DNA of 64,000 bases from Cladosporium halotolerans. Lineage: Eukaryota. Positions 50,101 through 61,818 of the stretch are shown one piece after another. Location of the stretch: NCBI RefSeq assembly GCF_011745625.1, contig NW_027191464.1:496001-560000 (forward strand), read 5' to 3'. Under the pieces are notes generated by a model that was not told where the DNA came from, did not search any database, and saw only the letters and a list, made by a program, of their open reading frames with translations. Both the position numbers and the translations under genes were made by a program. The stretch's first letter is position 1. Every line of letters begins with the position of its first letter.

Positions 50101-50443
50101 CAAGCACAAGGTTGAGCTTGTTGAGAAGCGTCCTCTCTTTCTTCAGGTTCTCCTCAGTGCTACTGAGCTCGATGATGAAGTTGACGACGAAGTTCCTGAT
50201 ACCCATGCACTGTTCCCTCGGCAGGACCTTCCACCTCGTCATGATCACATTATCAAGGATCTGCAGGCCCAGAAACTTTGTCGAAGGGTATTGTGCATCC
50301 TGGAGGATCTTGTCGACAAGCAGCCATGCGTCCGGGTTCTCTTTGAATTGGTTGAGAGTGGCCTGGGCGGCCTTTTGTTGCTCACCACGGCCTTCGTAGA
50401 AGGCACGCACGGTGGCGTCGAGCTCCTCGATGCTCATAGACAT
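47129..50443 (-). CDS. CRM1: Exportin-1 (Crm1/Xpo1), 2 exons
   Basis: [86 protein letters not shown]; in-frame intron 48007-47921. Confidence 0.97.
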   Translation of the reverse strand: [1104 protein letters not shown]

Positions 50444-51193
50444 GTTGAAGTGTTGCGGTTGGCGGGTAGGAAGCGAAGATAGTAGCCCTAGCAGCGCGAG
50501 CAGTCTGGCTGCGAGACTGGATAGGGCTTGACGCGTGCAGACCGGTGCAAAAGGCCTAGTCGTGTATCATGCAGCGGCGGCGGCAGCAGGTCGAGGTGAA
50601 GGCGCGGCCGGCGTCAAGCGTGTGGTAGCGGCGGGCGAGAGAGCGTGTTGGGTGGGTGGGCGGTGGTATGGGAGTGAGTGAGTGAAAGCGTGTGTAGCTG
50701 GTGGGGGCGGTAAAGGTAGAAGTTCTGCGGCTGGTCAACGTGCAAGTGGCGGAGCGGCGCGTGTGGAGATCGATGGTTGGTGGCAGACGGACTTGGGTGA
50801 TTAAGCAGACGGCGCCGGACGTCATTCACGGTTTGGCTGCTGTTGCAGGCCGGTATTGAACCCAACGGCGTTATGCCGCTGAAAGATGCGAGTGAATGGG
50901 CGCGCTGCAGAGCTTGACTGCGCTGCGGCTCTGCAAGGGAAGGGGATCTTCCAGACCGCAGCGGTGGTGCAGCACCGCGACGAAACCACCGCTGCTCGAA
51001 GGTGCAGGTGGGCCCGTCGCTCAAAGCCGACCCCGCGCTTGACGTTTGCGCACACCCTTCCCTTCCACCCTTCAACCCTTCCTCGGCTGGGCCCGTCTTT
51101 AATCACCGTCCTTTCATGCGCTCTGACAAACCTGCGCAACACCCTTCCATCCGCACAAAAATTGCTGTCGCATCACAGCGGGAGTCAGGCAAA

Positions 51194-51694
51194 ATGTCAC
51201 CACATCAGCACACACACCTACGAGGCTCGGGCACAGCAACACCCACTGGAACACACGGCAGCCAAACAGTCCTCCAAACCGACGCCGGCCCCAGCATACC
51301 CATCCCCAGCGGCACTCTCCGCTTGCGAGCAGAACCTCAAGAACGAAGGCGTATTCAATGGGCAGAGGACGTGGTGGATAACGAGGGCATGGGCAAGAAG
51401 AGCAGCAAGGTGTGCTGTATCTACCACAAACCTCACGAACCTGGCGACTCCGACTCCGACTCGAGCGATTCAAGTTCTTCGAGTGATAGCGATAGTGATG
51501 ATGAGCCTGATCTGAGCAGGGCGCGGAAAGCTGGTGGGAGCGGGAGAAAGGGTCGGGGAGGTGGACATGGGCATGACCATGATCATGGAAATGGAGACTG
51601 CAATGGCAAGGGCAAGGGAAAAGCGAAGGAGAGGAAGCCCAGTCCGAACGCCTACGAGCGGCAACCGAAGCATAAGAGCAAGAAAGAGGGCTGA
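51194..51694 (+). CDS. YPI1: Type 1 protein phosphatase regulator Ypi1 / inhibitor-3
   Basis: [29 protein letters not shown] (RVxW PP1-binding motif), [11 protein letters not shown]. Confidence 0.92.
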   Translation: MSPHQHTHLRGSGTATPTGTHGSQTVLQTDAGPSIPIPSGTLRLRAEPQERRRIQWAEDVVDNEGMGKKSSKVCCIYHKPHEPGDSDSDSSDSSSSSDSDSDDEPDLSRARKAGGSGRKGRGGGHGHDHDHGNGDCNGKGKGKAKERKPSPNAYERQPKHKSKKEG

Positions 51695-52291
51695 AAGAGG
51701 GCACCAGACGTACCGGACATATCAATAAATCGCCAAAGAACTCAGTGTCGCATGCAGAAGGGCAGGCCCATACATACTGGCAGACAGCTGGGAAAAGATC
51801 ATCAGGCCCGGCCTCTCGCCATAGGTCGGTTGCATCCAGGTCTGACACGGTGGACGCCGGCAACATGGCTGGGAGAATAGATAGATGAAGGATAGATGGG
51901 AGTGGAACTCATGAAGGAGGTGAAGTGGTGCTTATTGAGCATTCTAGAAGAACCATGCCTCGCACTACACAATCAATTGCTCTCGGCTTGCATTTTTGAT
52001 ACAACCTATTCACAGCTTCACTCTCGACTCCCTTAAGCTCTCTCTTCAGTAAAGGACTGTACAGCTCGACACTGCGTCCTACATCCCTTCTTCACAACGT
52101 TTCCGGCTTGCCCCTTCTCGCCAATGCTGGGTCTTGGATTTCTCCCCACGCTGGCCACCGGGCGCGTCTGTAGGGCATTATTGTATTGGTGATGCGTTCT
52201 TCGGTCGCTTGCTGGCGTTGTCCCGTCGCAAGTTTCCTGCGCGATCTCCACGAGTCGAATATGTTTAATCGTTTTGTTCCGACTTCCCTCA

Positions 52292-52768
52292 TCAGCCAGC
52301 ACCTGCCGCAGCCTCCCTTTCTTGCTCTCGTTGCGCCGCCTCCGCCTGATGAATGGGAATTCTGACCAAGGTCTGCGGTAATGTCTGCGGCTCGCTTTCC
52401 GCCTCGCCATCTTCGTCCTCTTTCGGCTTTGGTATTTTAGCTACACGTTAATCAGCAGATATTCCTGTCTCGACGCGTCAATCTAATTCACCGCTCGCCA
52501 TGCTAACCGCCCTCAGGACGCTCCCCCAGTTCGCCATCACCGCTGCCACAGCCTCCGTTCCGTCACTCAATGTGCCCAGCTTCTCTTCCAGCTGCTGCAT
52601 CTGCCCTGCCAATCCAGCGCTCAGATCGCGCAATTGGCGCAGAGACTCGAGCTCGGTTTTCTTCTCGTTGATACGCGCTTGGAGCGCTGATGACTGGGAG
52701 TTCTGCGATCCGCCCAGTCCGAGACCAGACGAGGGGCGGATGGTTGTTTGGCGCGGGCCGAAAGACAT
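52292..52768 (-). CDS. DAD2: DASH/Dam1 complex subunit Dad2, 2 exons
   Basis: LQARINEKKTELESLRQLRDLS, LSDGTEAVAAVMANW..VLRAVSMAS, LPQTLVRIP; intron 52491-52441. Confidence 0.9.
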
Positions 52769-53199
52769 CTTGTGCGATTGAGATGCTCGTAACGTCGTCT
52801 GAATGTGCAAGGTACCGTGTATCTGCTCGAAGTCAAGACCCTCCCTCAGCGGGGCACGCGTCGCTCGGTAGTGGTGGAGCCCTCGGAGCCGCATGCGCTC
52901 GCTTCTCAGCCCTGCAGCGCGCGGCCGGCGGCGCCACGAGCCGGCGTTGCCTGAACAACCGGTGGAGTCGGCAACTTTTGGCTTTACGCGCCCAAACACG
53001 CCCGCCTGTCAGCCACGTTGGGCGAAGGAACAGGCCGGGAAGAAATAGTTGCTACTCGTAACTTACGCCGACAACATCTCATTTCGCGATCACGACCGCG
53101 CAAGCGAAAATCAGCATCCATCGCTAATATCACATACGGCACCCCATAAGAATCAACAACACGTTGAGCGCGACTGAGTACAGCAATCCCGGCGCCCGA

Positions 53200-55427
53200 A
53201 TGGCGAGACTCAACGAGCCGCCCGCCGCTCCTGCTGTGCCTGCAACAGCGCTGTCTGGAGGAGTAGGAGGAGGTGCGGAGAGCGTAGATGCCCGTAAGTT
53301 CACAAGATCTCGTCTTCCCACATCGGCCAAGCAAACATTGTCAATCGTTCCTTGCCATGTTCATCGCACGGCGAGACGATGCGCACGAAATCGCGCCCTC
53401 CACCGCGGACTACATCCGCTAACTTCGACGAAGTCAAGCGCCGCTTCATCCGCCAGAACCGCGACCTCGCCAAGAACAACTCGTCGCAGTCGTTGCGCAT
53501 CCGTGGGCTCGAGATCGAGGTCAGCAGGCTGCTGCAGACGAATCTCGAGCTGAGGGAGGAGCTGCTGCGCGCGCGAAATGCGGAGCACAATGCGCGGAAG
53601 GAGAGCTCGAAGGAGGGCGTAAGAGGGTTCAAGGAGGAGATGATGGCGAAGCTGAGGGAGTTGAGTGGGATTGTGGAGGGAATTGAGGAGATGCGGGAGA
53701 ACCAAGAGGAGCAGTTCGCGGAAAGGGAGGACAGGAGGATGAGCATACTGTCGCAGATGGAGTTTCGTGAGAGGCAACCGCTGGCGGATCTCATGCGGGA
53801 TTGTCAGATGCCGACGATTGATGAGGACAAGAGCCACCCTAGGCGGACGCTGGACGCGACGGAGATCAAGGCTATCAGGCTCAGTGATGGCAGCAGCAAT
53901 GGGAGCCCTGATCTCGGACCGCCACCGGTCGCCAGATTCGAGTGTCAAGAACCTATCAAGTTCGACGCACACGCTTCTGAGGACCAACAGGAGACGCAAG
54001 CGGAGGCAGAAGTGGAGCCTGAGAAGAAGACAAGCGAAGAAGACCTGCCTGCAGCTCTGTCAATCAACCTTGAGACGAGGCGGAAACGGAAGGACAGTCA
54101 GCCGAAACTTGAACTGCGGCGACACTCTATCCTTCCTCCTCCTTCACCTTCAAGCAGTGAAGGAGACGTGAGTGCACCTACACTTCGCACTGGCGCTAAA
54201 AGGAAGTTGGCCGACCGAGACCTGGACAAGCCCATCAAAGCCCCCAGCAAAACAGACTTCACCTTCAATCGCAAGGCTTCAACAGAACCGACGAAGACCA
54301 ACTCAGAAGAGCAGGTCGAGCCGGCCGAGAAGGAGGAAACGGTTGAGATCCAAGCTCCCGCACAACAGTCAACACGTAGAGTTTTGGGCGACAAGAGCGT
54401 CAACATGTCGCCCAGGAAGGCCGTCGTGGAATCAGGAAAGCCCGGCAAAGTCGACCTCAAGAAACCTGCGCAACCCAAGTTCGGCGCCGCTAAGGATCGC
54501 CCCCCTACTCGGAGACCCAGGGTATCAGCGATTCCACCTCCACTGCAAGGACCGGAAGTCAGTGTCGCCACCATCGAGCTCCCTCCCGCTTCAGAGCCTA
54601 CAAAACACTCCCAGACCACGGCACCCAACACTCCAGCCGCACCCGACCTCTTCTCGCCTACACCCTCCGAACCCTCCGTGGGACCAAACGAGCGAGCACC
54701 AACTCCTCCCCCCACCGGCCTTACCAACACAATGAGCGAGCCCGCTCGACCATCCCGCCGCGCCCGCTCAGCCGTCAACTACGCAGAGCCCAGCCTGAAC
54801 GCCAAAATGCGCCGCCAGGACAAGAGCCTCATGGACGCCGTCACGGGCCTGCAGCACCACCGCCTCGCTATGAGCGCGTCGGCGGAGCGCAAGGCGCGCA
54901 ACGCGGTTGTCGTCAAAGACGAGCCGGCCGACGAGGATGCTTGGAAGAATCTCCCCGAAGCCAGCCAGGCGGCTCTTTCGTCTGCGAGAGCTCGCGCAGC
55001 GAGTCCGCTGGAGTCCAGGAGCGGCGACATGGGCAGCATTGACTCGTTCGCGAAGCCTGAAGGCACTAACCACCAGGACTCTTCGACGGCTTCCGATTCC
55101 CGCTCCCAATCTCACCACCGCCGCCGCTCCTCTTCCACGCACGACCGCCTCCCCAGCTCGCACTCCGACGCCTCCCTCGACGACGCCGCGAAGAAACTGC
55201 AGGAGCTCGACCTCTACGACTTCAAAGACTCGTCGTCGTCGTCTTCGCCGCCCGAGGCCGCGGCTGTCGCGAGGGCTTCGGCTGCCGGCGCCGCGCCAAG
55301 AGCGCATCGGAGGCACTCGTCGATCCCGAAGGATGTGAGTAAGGGAGTTGAGGGGGCGAGGGGGAGTGCTGGGGGAGGAGGAAGGCAGGCGGGTGGGGCG
55401 AGTAGGCGGCGTAGTATGATGACCTAG
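53200..55427 (+). CDS. SGO1: Shugoshin, 2 exons
   Basis: MARLNEPP start, N-terminal coiled coil LKRRFIRQNRDLAKNNSSQSLRIRGLE, C-terminal basic SGO motif RPSRRARSAVNYAEPSLNAKMRR; intron 53294-53433. Confidence 0.9.
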
Positions 55428-57175
55428 CTTTGAGCCCTTTTGGGGGTTCTGGATGATTATGATGGAGTTTTGGAGGGGAGGGTTGTTTTTCTTTGGTATT
55501 TTTTTTTGATAATGATGATGGGGTTCGATCGGTTGGGTTGAATGCCTTGCTGCTGTTGTTCTAGCGTAACGAAGATTCTCTGTGTAGTTTGGACATATCG
55601 CTTCTCGATTCACATCGTTACTTACGTCGTGCGACATTGTCAGCCTTATTCTGAGTCAATGCAAGCACGCTTGAAAGGGTCACCGAGCAAAGCCCAAATG
55701 CCCGTGGAATTCTCGCCTAGCGTCACGACGATGCTTAGTCGAGACGAGCCATCACCAGAGGTGGCATCGAACAATGCCTTGCGTCACAGGAATCTGGGAA
55801 TGCTCACGAGGCCTCGCCATCCGCCCACCCTTGACCGACTCGCGAGATTATGGATATCGTAGACCCGAACACAGTTTATCACAGATCCATCTGCTTCATG
55901 GCTGCCTGAGGTTTCTCGCCTGATCCTTGAGTGAGATTCACGAGACGTGAGCTCACACGAGCTCACGCGAATTTCAGCTGAAGCGCGTCTCCCGCTGACA
56001 CGAACGCGCGTACGGCACGCAGAAGACGGTCTAGAACACAAAGACCAGCAGATGCTACTGCAATAATACCAGGGCATGTACTATTGTACATCACCACTGA
56101 CGTCGACGAGCAAGCGTCCGACTCCACAAGGCAGCATCATCACCCGCCCAGCGATCTCTCTGCCAACACACACAAGCAAAAAATGATGCTTCGCGCCGCC
56201 GATCTGCGCGCCCGGGGTGCTGAAGAACGGAGTGGAATACGGAGTGCTCGGCTGGCCGCAGCAAACTCCTGCGGCCCAAACTGCTTGCGAGGCTAGTAGT
56301 GCCCTGCGCGGAGGCTGCTCCCCCTTGTCGGGCCTAGTGGAAGTCTGGCACCGCCGGAGGTTTTGTCTGGGGTGCGCTGGCGCCCGCGGGAGCGATGGAC
56401 GATGAGTGGTGAAAATTGCCCGCCGTTGGGTTTTGTGGGATGAGGGTGGTGTAGTGTGGTGTAGTGTGGTGTGAGGTGGAGATGATTCACGGCGAGGATG
56501 CGCGTGGAGGAGATGGGGAGATGGGCCTGGAGAAGACGGCGGTATCGCCGATTGCGTCGAACACCTCACGCATGCTTCTCTGGTGAACACTCTATTCGCG
56601 GAGGGTGGTGCGGCATCAGGCGAAGATGAGCAGGGCTGCCACGGCTGCTGCGCGCGGTGCAGCGACGGTGGCGGCGCTCAGCGCAAGCTTGGAGCATCCC
56701 ACCCACCGAGCCACCGAGCCCAGACGCCAGGAATAGCCCGCTGAGCCCGTTACGAGTCCGCCGGCGCAGGCACCACCACGCCAGACTGCCACGGCGCCGC
56801 CGGCCGCCATGCCTCCACGCCTGCCCGGAGCCCATCTCCTTCTCTCCGCCTCGCTCGTAAATCACTCCGTCGTCAATACTACCACTGCAAACCACCAACT
56901 CAACACCACCCGGCTGTCATCCTAGCCCGGTCGCCACGCTCGCTTGCGCCCTCACCCACACCACGCCTCCCTCCAACTTCACTACCTTCGCTATACTGCT
57001 TCGGGAAGGAGCGTCACGAGAGCTGGAAATTGCACCCGCCAGCCAGCGCCATCCGCCATATTCGCCAATCAAACCCCAGCCGCACACCCTACCAAGAACC
57101 AGAGAATCTTCCACGCCGCCGCGCCCTGCAAGCGAGAGGCCACAGTCGCGCCGCACGTCTATCACTACCGCAGCC

Positions 57176-58225
57176 ATGCGACCTTCGTCTGTCATGTATT
57201 CCGCCCTCGCCGGCTTCGCGCAGATCCACGCCCAGGACATCCCTCAAGGCGTCATGCCGAAGCGACAGGTAGTTGGCACTGGTGTCACTACCAGCAGCTC
57301 TGTCGCGCCGACCACCAGCTCCGACACGACGTCTTCCGAGCCCACCACTTCAGAGACGAGCGCGACAACCACGGCGCCTACAACTTCCGAGACAGAGCCC
57401 ACGACTGCGCCGACGACAGAACCAACTACGACCGATGCTGGGCCTACCACACCGACTGACGGAGGCTCCACGACTGCGCCCACCACCACACCAACGTCGG
57501 AGCAACCATCAGAGACTTCTGCGACGGATGAAGAGACGGGGACGTCCGCGACACCGTCCGAGACACCTGAGTCCAGCACTCCCGTCACAACTACTGACAG
57601 TTCAGGCAGTACTATCACATCTTCTGTTCCCGTTTCCACATCTGCGCCCCGAACAACATCTTCTCCTGTCAGAACCACGGCTGACGGAGACGGGGGCGAT
57701 GTTGTCGTGATCGGCAGCAGCACCTTTGACCCTTCAACATTCTCCTCTGCCACGACAATTACCTCTGCCATCGTCCACCAGTCCACGGAACCTTACACCA
57801 CAACCTCCTTCTACACCGAGAATGGCATCGTCCGGTCGCGCGTCCTCACCAGCGATCGCGTCGTCTCTTCCACCGAAATCGCAACCGCAACCGTTGATCC
57901 CACTCTGGCTAAGGGCGGCAAGGGCGGCGGCGGTAGCAGCAGCCTGACACCGCAGACCAAGGCGATCATTGGCGGCGTCGTTGGTGGCATCGGTGGAGCC
58001 ATCCTCATTGGTGGTCTCGCCATTGTCGCCTGGCGCCTTTGGGGCAAGAAGAAGCGCGAGCGGGCGGAGGCCGAGGACGACTTCGGCATGGGCACTGCTG
58101 GCTCGCCGCACAATAGCATTCACCGCGAGAAGCAGCACCACGCCGCTTCCAGCCATGCCGCGACCAATTCGGTCGACTCGTACCGCAACCCCAACGGCGC
58201 GGTCAACACTGCCAGCAACTTCTAA
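57176..58225 (+). CDS. Mid2-like Ser/Thr-rich single-pass cell-surface protein
   Basis: Signal peptide, KR site, long S/T-rich ectodomain, TM IIGGVVGGIGGAILIGGLAIVAW followed by GKKKR, VNTASNF end. Confidence 0.8.
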   Translation: MRPSSVMYSALAGFAQIHAQDIPQGVMPKRQVVGTGVTTSSSVAPTTSSDTTSSEPTTSETSATTTAPTTSETEPTTAPTTEPTTTDAGPTTPTDGGSTTAPTTTPTSEQPSETSATDEETGTSATPSETPESSTPVTTTDSSGSTITSSVPVSTSAPRTTSSPVRTTADGDGGDVVVIGSSTFDPSTFSSATTITSAIVHQSTEPYTTTSFYTENGIVRSRVLTSDRVVSSTEIATATVDPTLAKGGKGGGGSSSLTPQTKAIIGGVVGGIGGAILIGGLAIVAWRLWGKKKRERAEAEDDFGMGTAGSPHNSIHREKQHHAASSHAATNSVDSYRNPNGAVNTASNF

Positions 58226-59084
58226 AAGGCTGTCTTTGCGAAGAGTACGGATGGAATACGAACACTCCCCGGCTCTGTCATTCTGCTTTCATCTGGATGT
58301 TCCCCGATCACGATCGGAAGGACATACTACCAATGCTGCATTTCGAGCGTCTTACGAAACCAATCTGCATATATCTAGGAGTTTGGAAGGAAGAAACGCA
58401 CCATACCAGGACATATGTGCAGATTTAAAGGGACACGACAACGCGACCATCAGGAGGAAAACCTTCCTCTTTGGACGATTTTTGGCGTTCCAAGTTCCAA
58501 AATTTGACCCGGCGTGGTCGACCTGTCTTCTGCCCTGCCACATCATTTGGATTATTTCTTTTTGTTTTGTTCATATTGTCCCTTTCTAATTCTGGCGGCT
58601 CCAGAGCCACCTTTTAAGACTAGTAATATATTTTTTTTTCACGATATATCCTGTTGATTTAGTATCTATATACTGTGCAGGCAATTCTGGTGCATGTACC
58701 GGGAACTGTTAATTAAGCTATATACGGCCTTTGACTCACTTCACTTCTTTCCTTTCAATACAATGTTTCCTTGCATGCAGCGCCAGGCTCGCTTATTTTG
58801 TCACTGGGCCTGTAAATTGGCTGTATATTGCTGCAGCAGCCAGTCCGGAGAGCTGACTTGCTGCTGAAAGCTTCGTACCTTACCGCGTGCGGTGTCGAGA
58901 TTCGGTTCGCCGAAGGAAGCGATCGATGTAACCTCACATGAGTGTGCATATTGTCTGCTTTGTGTTTGCAGGAGTGTCCACCTTTACAATTTGTGACTTT
59001 CTTTCGCTTCCCTTATCATTTCCGGTAGAGAATAACTACACACTTCAAAAGACTTCCATATCATAATACCGAAAAGCCTCCACA

Positions 59085-60081
59085 ATGTCAACCGACCAGC
59101 AACCCCCGTCGTCCTCAATCGATTACCAGACCCTCACCCGCGAACGCTGGGACGAGCGCGCCCCGATCGTAAGCAGACCATTTCCACCACAATTCTAAGC
59201 GAAACCCGCCCTTGTCTTCCTTCATTGACGATCCGCCCAGCACGCTTCCTCCCCAACCTACAACCTCGCCCACCTAATCGCCTCCCCCACCGCCCTCTCC
59301 GACGCCCTCACCTTCGACCTCCCACGCCTGCCCCCCCTTGCCGGGAAATCCATCGCCCACTTACAGTGCCACATCGGCTCTGACGCGCTCTCGCTCGCCC
59401 GCTTGGGCGCGCAGCGCGTCGTGGGGCTCGATTTCAGCGGCGCGAGTGTGCGCGAGGCGCGCGCGCTGGCTGGCAAAGCGGCTGGGGGCGAGAGGTGCGA
59501 GTTCGTCGAGGGGGACGTCTATGATTCCGTGGAGCTGCTGGGCGAGCGGGCGTTCGACGTTGTTTTTGTGAATGTGGGTTCTCTGGCTTGGTTGCCGGAT
59601 GTGAGGCGGTGGGCGAGGGTCGTGGCGGGTCTGATGAGGAGTGGTGGTGGGGAGTTCTTTATGAGGGAGGTGCATCCTTCCTTGCTTGCTGTTGAGGGCG
59701 GGGAGGGAGGGAGGTTGGCGGTCGAGTATTCTTATTTCGAGGTTGTGGAGCCCGTTGTGACGGATTCGAGCTGGACGTATGTTAAGACGGAGGAGGGTGG
59801 GGAGGTGCCGAAGGTTAGGAAGTGTGTGGAGTGGAACCATGGGTTGGGTGAGATTGTGAGTGCGTTGCTGGGGGAGGGGTTGAGGATCACGATGCTCGTG
59901 GAGCATCGGAGTGTGCCTTACGAGGCTGTTAGGGGACATATGGTGGAAATTGGAGGTGGTGAGTTTTGCATGTGTTTAGGAGTGGATGTCTTGCTGACTT
60001 GTATGCGTAGGTGAGTGGGCCTTGAAGGAGGGAAGGGATCGCTTGCCGCTGTCTTTCACCCTACGTGCTGTCAAGGACTAA
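59085..60081 (+). CDS. Class I SAM-dependent methyltransferase, 3 exons
   Basis: WDERAPIH, AHLQCHIGSDALSLARLGA..VVGLDFS, FDVVF, WLPDVRRWA, EVHP, EWNHGLGEIVSALL, RLPLSFTL; introns 59169-59240 and 59959-60010. Confidence 0.85.
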
Positions 60082-60554
60082 AGTTGCTTTGCCTTCACTT
60101 GACCTGACGAGATTAAGATGGCGAAAGAGCTCAACGGGATCCAAAATGCATCGTAAGGACCAAAAAAAAAAGAACCATTTTACACAACGGGAGTTGCTCA
60201 GAGCGAAGGGATGGTGGCCTCAGGAGGGGTTTCGCTCAAAGCCTCCCAGTTTACAGTGTAATGAAAGTGAAAGGTGTGTAGTGTTCATTCGCTCATGCTC
60301 TGTTTTTTTTCATCTCTAAATAGATTCGATATGAGACCCGTCAAGATGGAACCATAAACACGAGCGCGTCGTTGTGAATGCAAAATGTCACGACGAGCAA
60401 AGTTGGTGACATCCACAATACATATGCCCACCCTCTCGACCAATACAAAACCACATGGTAGGAGCTGAGAATATTCTTCCATAGGGCATTGCTGACATGG
60501 GCATTGCTGACGCTCCTGGCGTGCATCATGGTCGCTTCATTGTTCCACGAAACT

Positions 60555-61488
60555 TCAAATAGCCAGCCCAGCATCCACTTGCACATGCTGACCGGTAATG
60601 CTTGTGTTCTTCGCAAGCGAAACGAACATCTCCGCGCAATCCTGCAGATCGGTCTAAGAGGTGACATCAATTAGCCGTCCAAGACTCTGCAAACATCGAA
60701 CAAGGTCGGTGACATACCTCCGTCTTCAACACAGCCGCCTCTTTCAGCGCCTTAATCTTTTCCTCGCCGTACTCGTTACCCCAGTCCGTCAAGAGTAACC
60801 CAGGCAGAACCGCATTAACGCGAACCTTCGCGCCTTGCGTCTTCGCAATGCACTTGACCAAATGCAGCTGCGCCGACTTCGTTACAGAATATGCCATGCT
60901 CGAACCCCCAATCGTCCGCCCTGCAATCGAGCTAGTGACTAACATTACACCGCCGTCAGGATTCGCATTGAAGATCGGCATCGCGGACGCTGCCAGCTGC
61001 TTGACGCCCCAGACATTGGTCTTCCAGCACTTGTCCCACTCGGCCTCGCTCAGCGCGTCCAGGTCAGCGAAGTTCGAGAACCGCGTCCAGCCCGCGTTGG
61101 CAATGACAATGTCCAGCCCGCCGAGCGCTTCGGTCGCGGTTTGCACACATGCTTTAATATCGGATGTGGAGCCTGCGTCGGCTTTGATGACGGTTGTCCT
61201 CACGTTGTGGGTGGATTGCAGTTCTTGTGCGAGCGCGGTGGCGGGCGCTTCGCTGTTGGCGTAGTTGATCGCGATGTTGCTGCCTTCGGCGGCAAATTTG
61301 CGGGCGATTTCAGCACCGAGGCCTCTGTGAAGGGATGAGTGTTGATTATATTGCAGATGCAAGAAACGGGAAGAGGATTTGTTCCGAGAAGTATTGACCA
61401 AACCCGAGGAGTATCAGACACAGGGCAGAGATGCTTACCTGGAACCCCCAGTGATAAGGACGTTACGGCCTTTGAGAGAGTACGGCAT
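60555..61488 (-). CDS. Short-chain dehydrogenase/reductase (classical SDR), 3 exons
   Basis: VLITGGSRGLG, IANAG, YSVTK catalytic motif, RVNAVLPG, ITGQHVQVDAG; introns 61438-61325 and 60717-60654. Confidence 0.9.
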
Positions 61489-61818
61489 GGCGTCGTTACG
61501 ATCTCACGTATTCGCAGAAACTTGAGTGCTTTCGTTATTGTTTGAGCAAGTGCTGGCTGTTTGTCAATGTCAGACGTCCAGTTGTTTGCATTTGAGCGGC
61601 GGTTGTACCCCGCCGAACCTCGGTATGCATCACAGAACCTAGCGAGGAGCTAATGCAAATCAAGTGGAGTCAGGGACAGGAACGAAGTGTGTTGGAAGCT
61701 TGTTCAACTCCACAGAGCCTCGTCAGCTTTTATGGCTATCTGCGAGATATGGCTAATAATTTTGCATACTGCTTGCTGCCGAATCTGGGGCACAGGATCA
61801 GAAAGAAATGCTCTCCGG

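Noticed and set aside
47546..50482. Long + strand ORFs antisense to CRM1
   Set aside because: Antisense shadow frames of a biased coding sequence
53352..53433. In-frame ATG (53379) inside the SGO1 intron as the true start
   Set aside because: Upstream exon MARLNEPP with a GTAAGT donor and GCTAAC branch point fits filamentous-fungal shugoshins better
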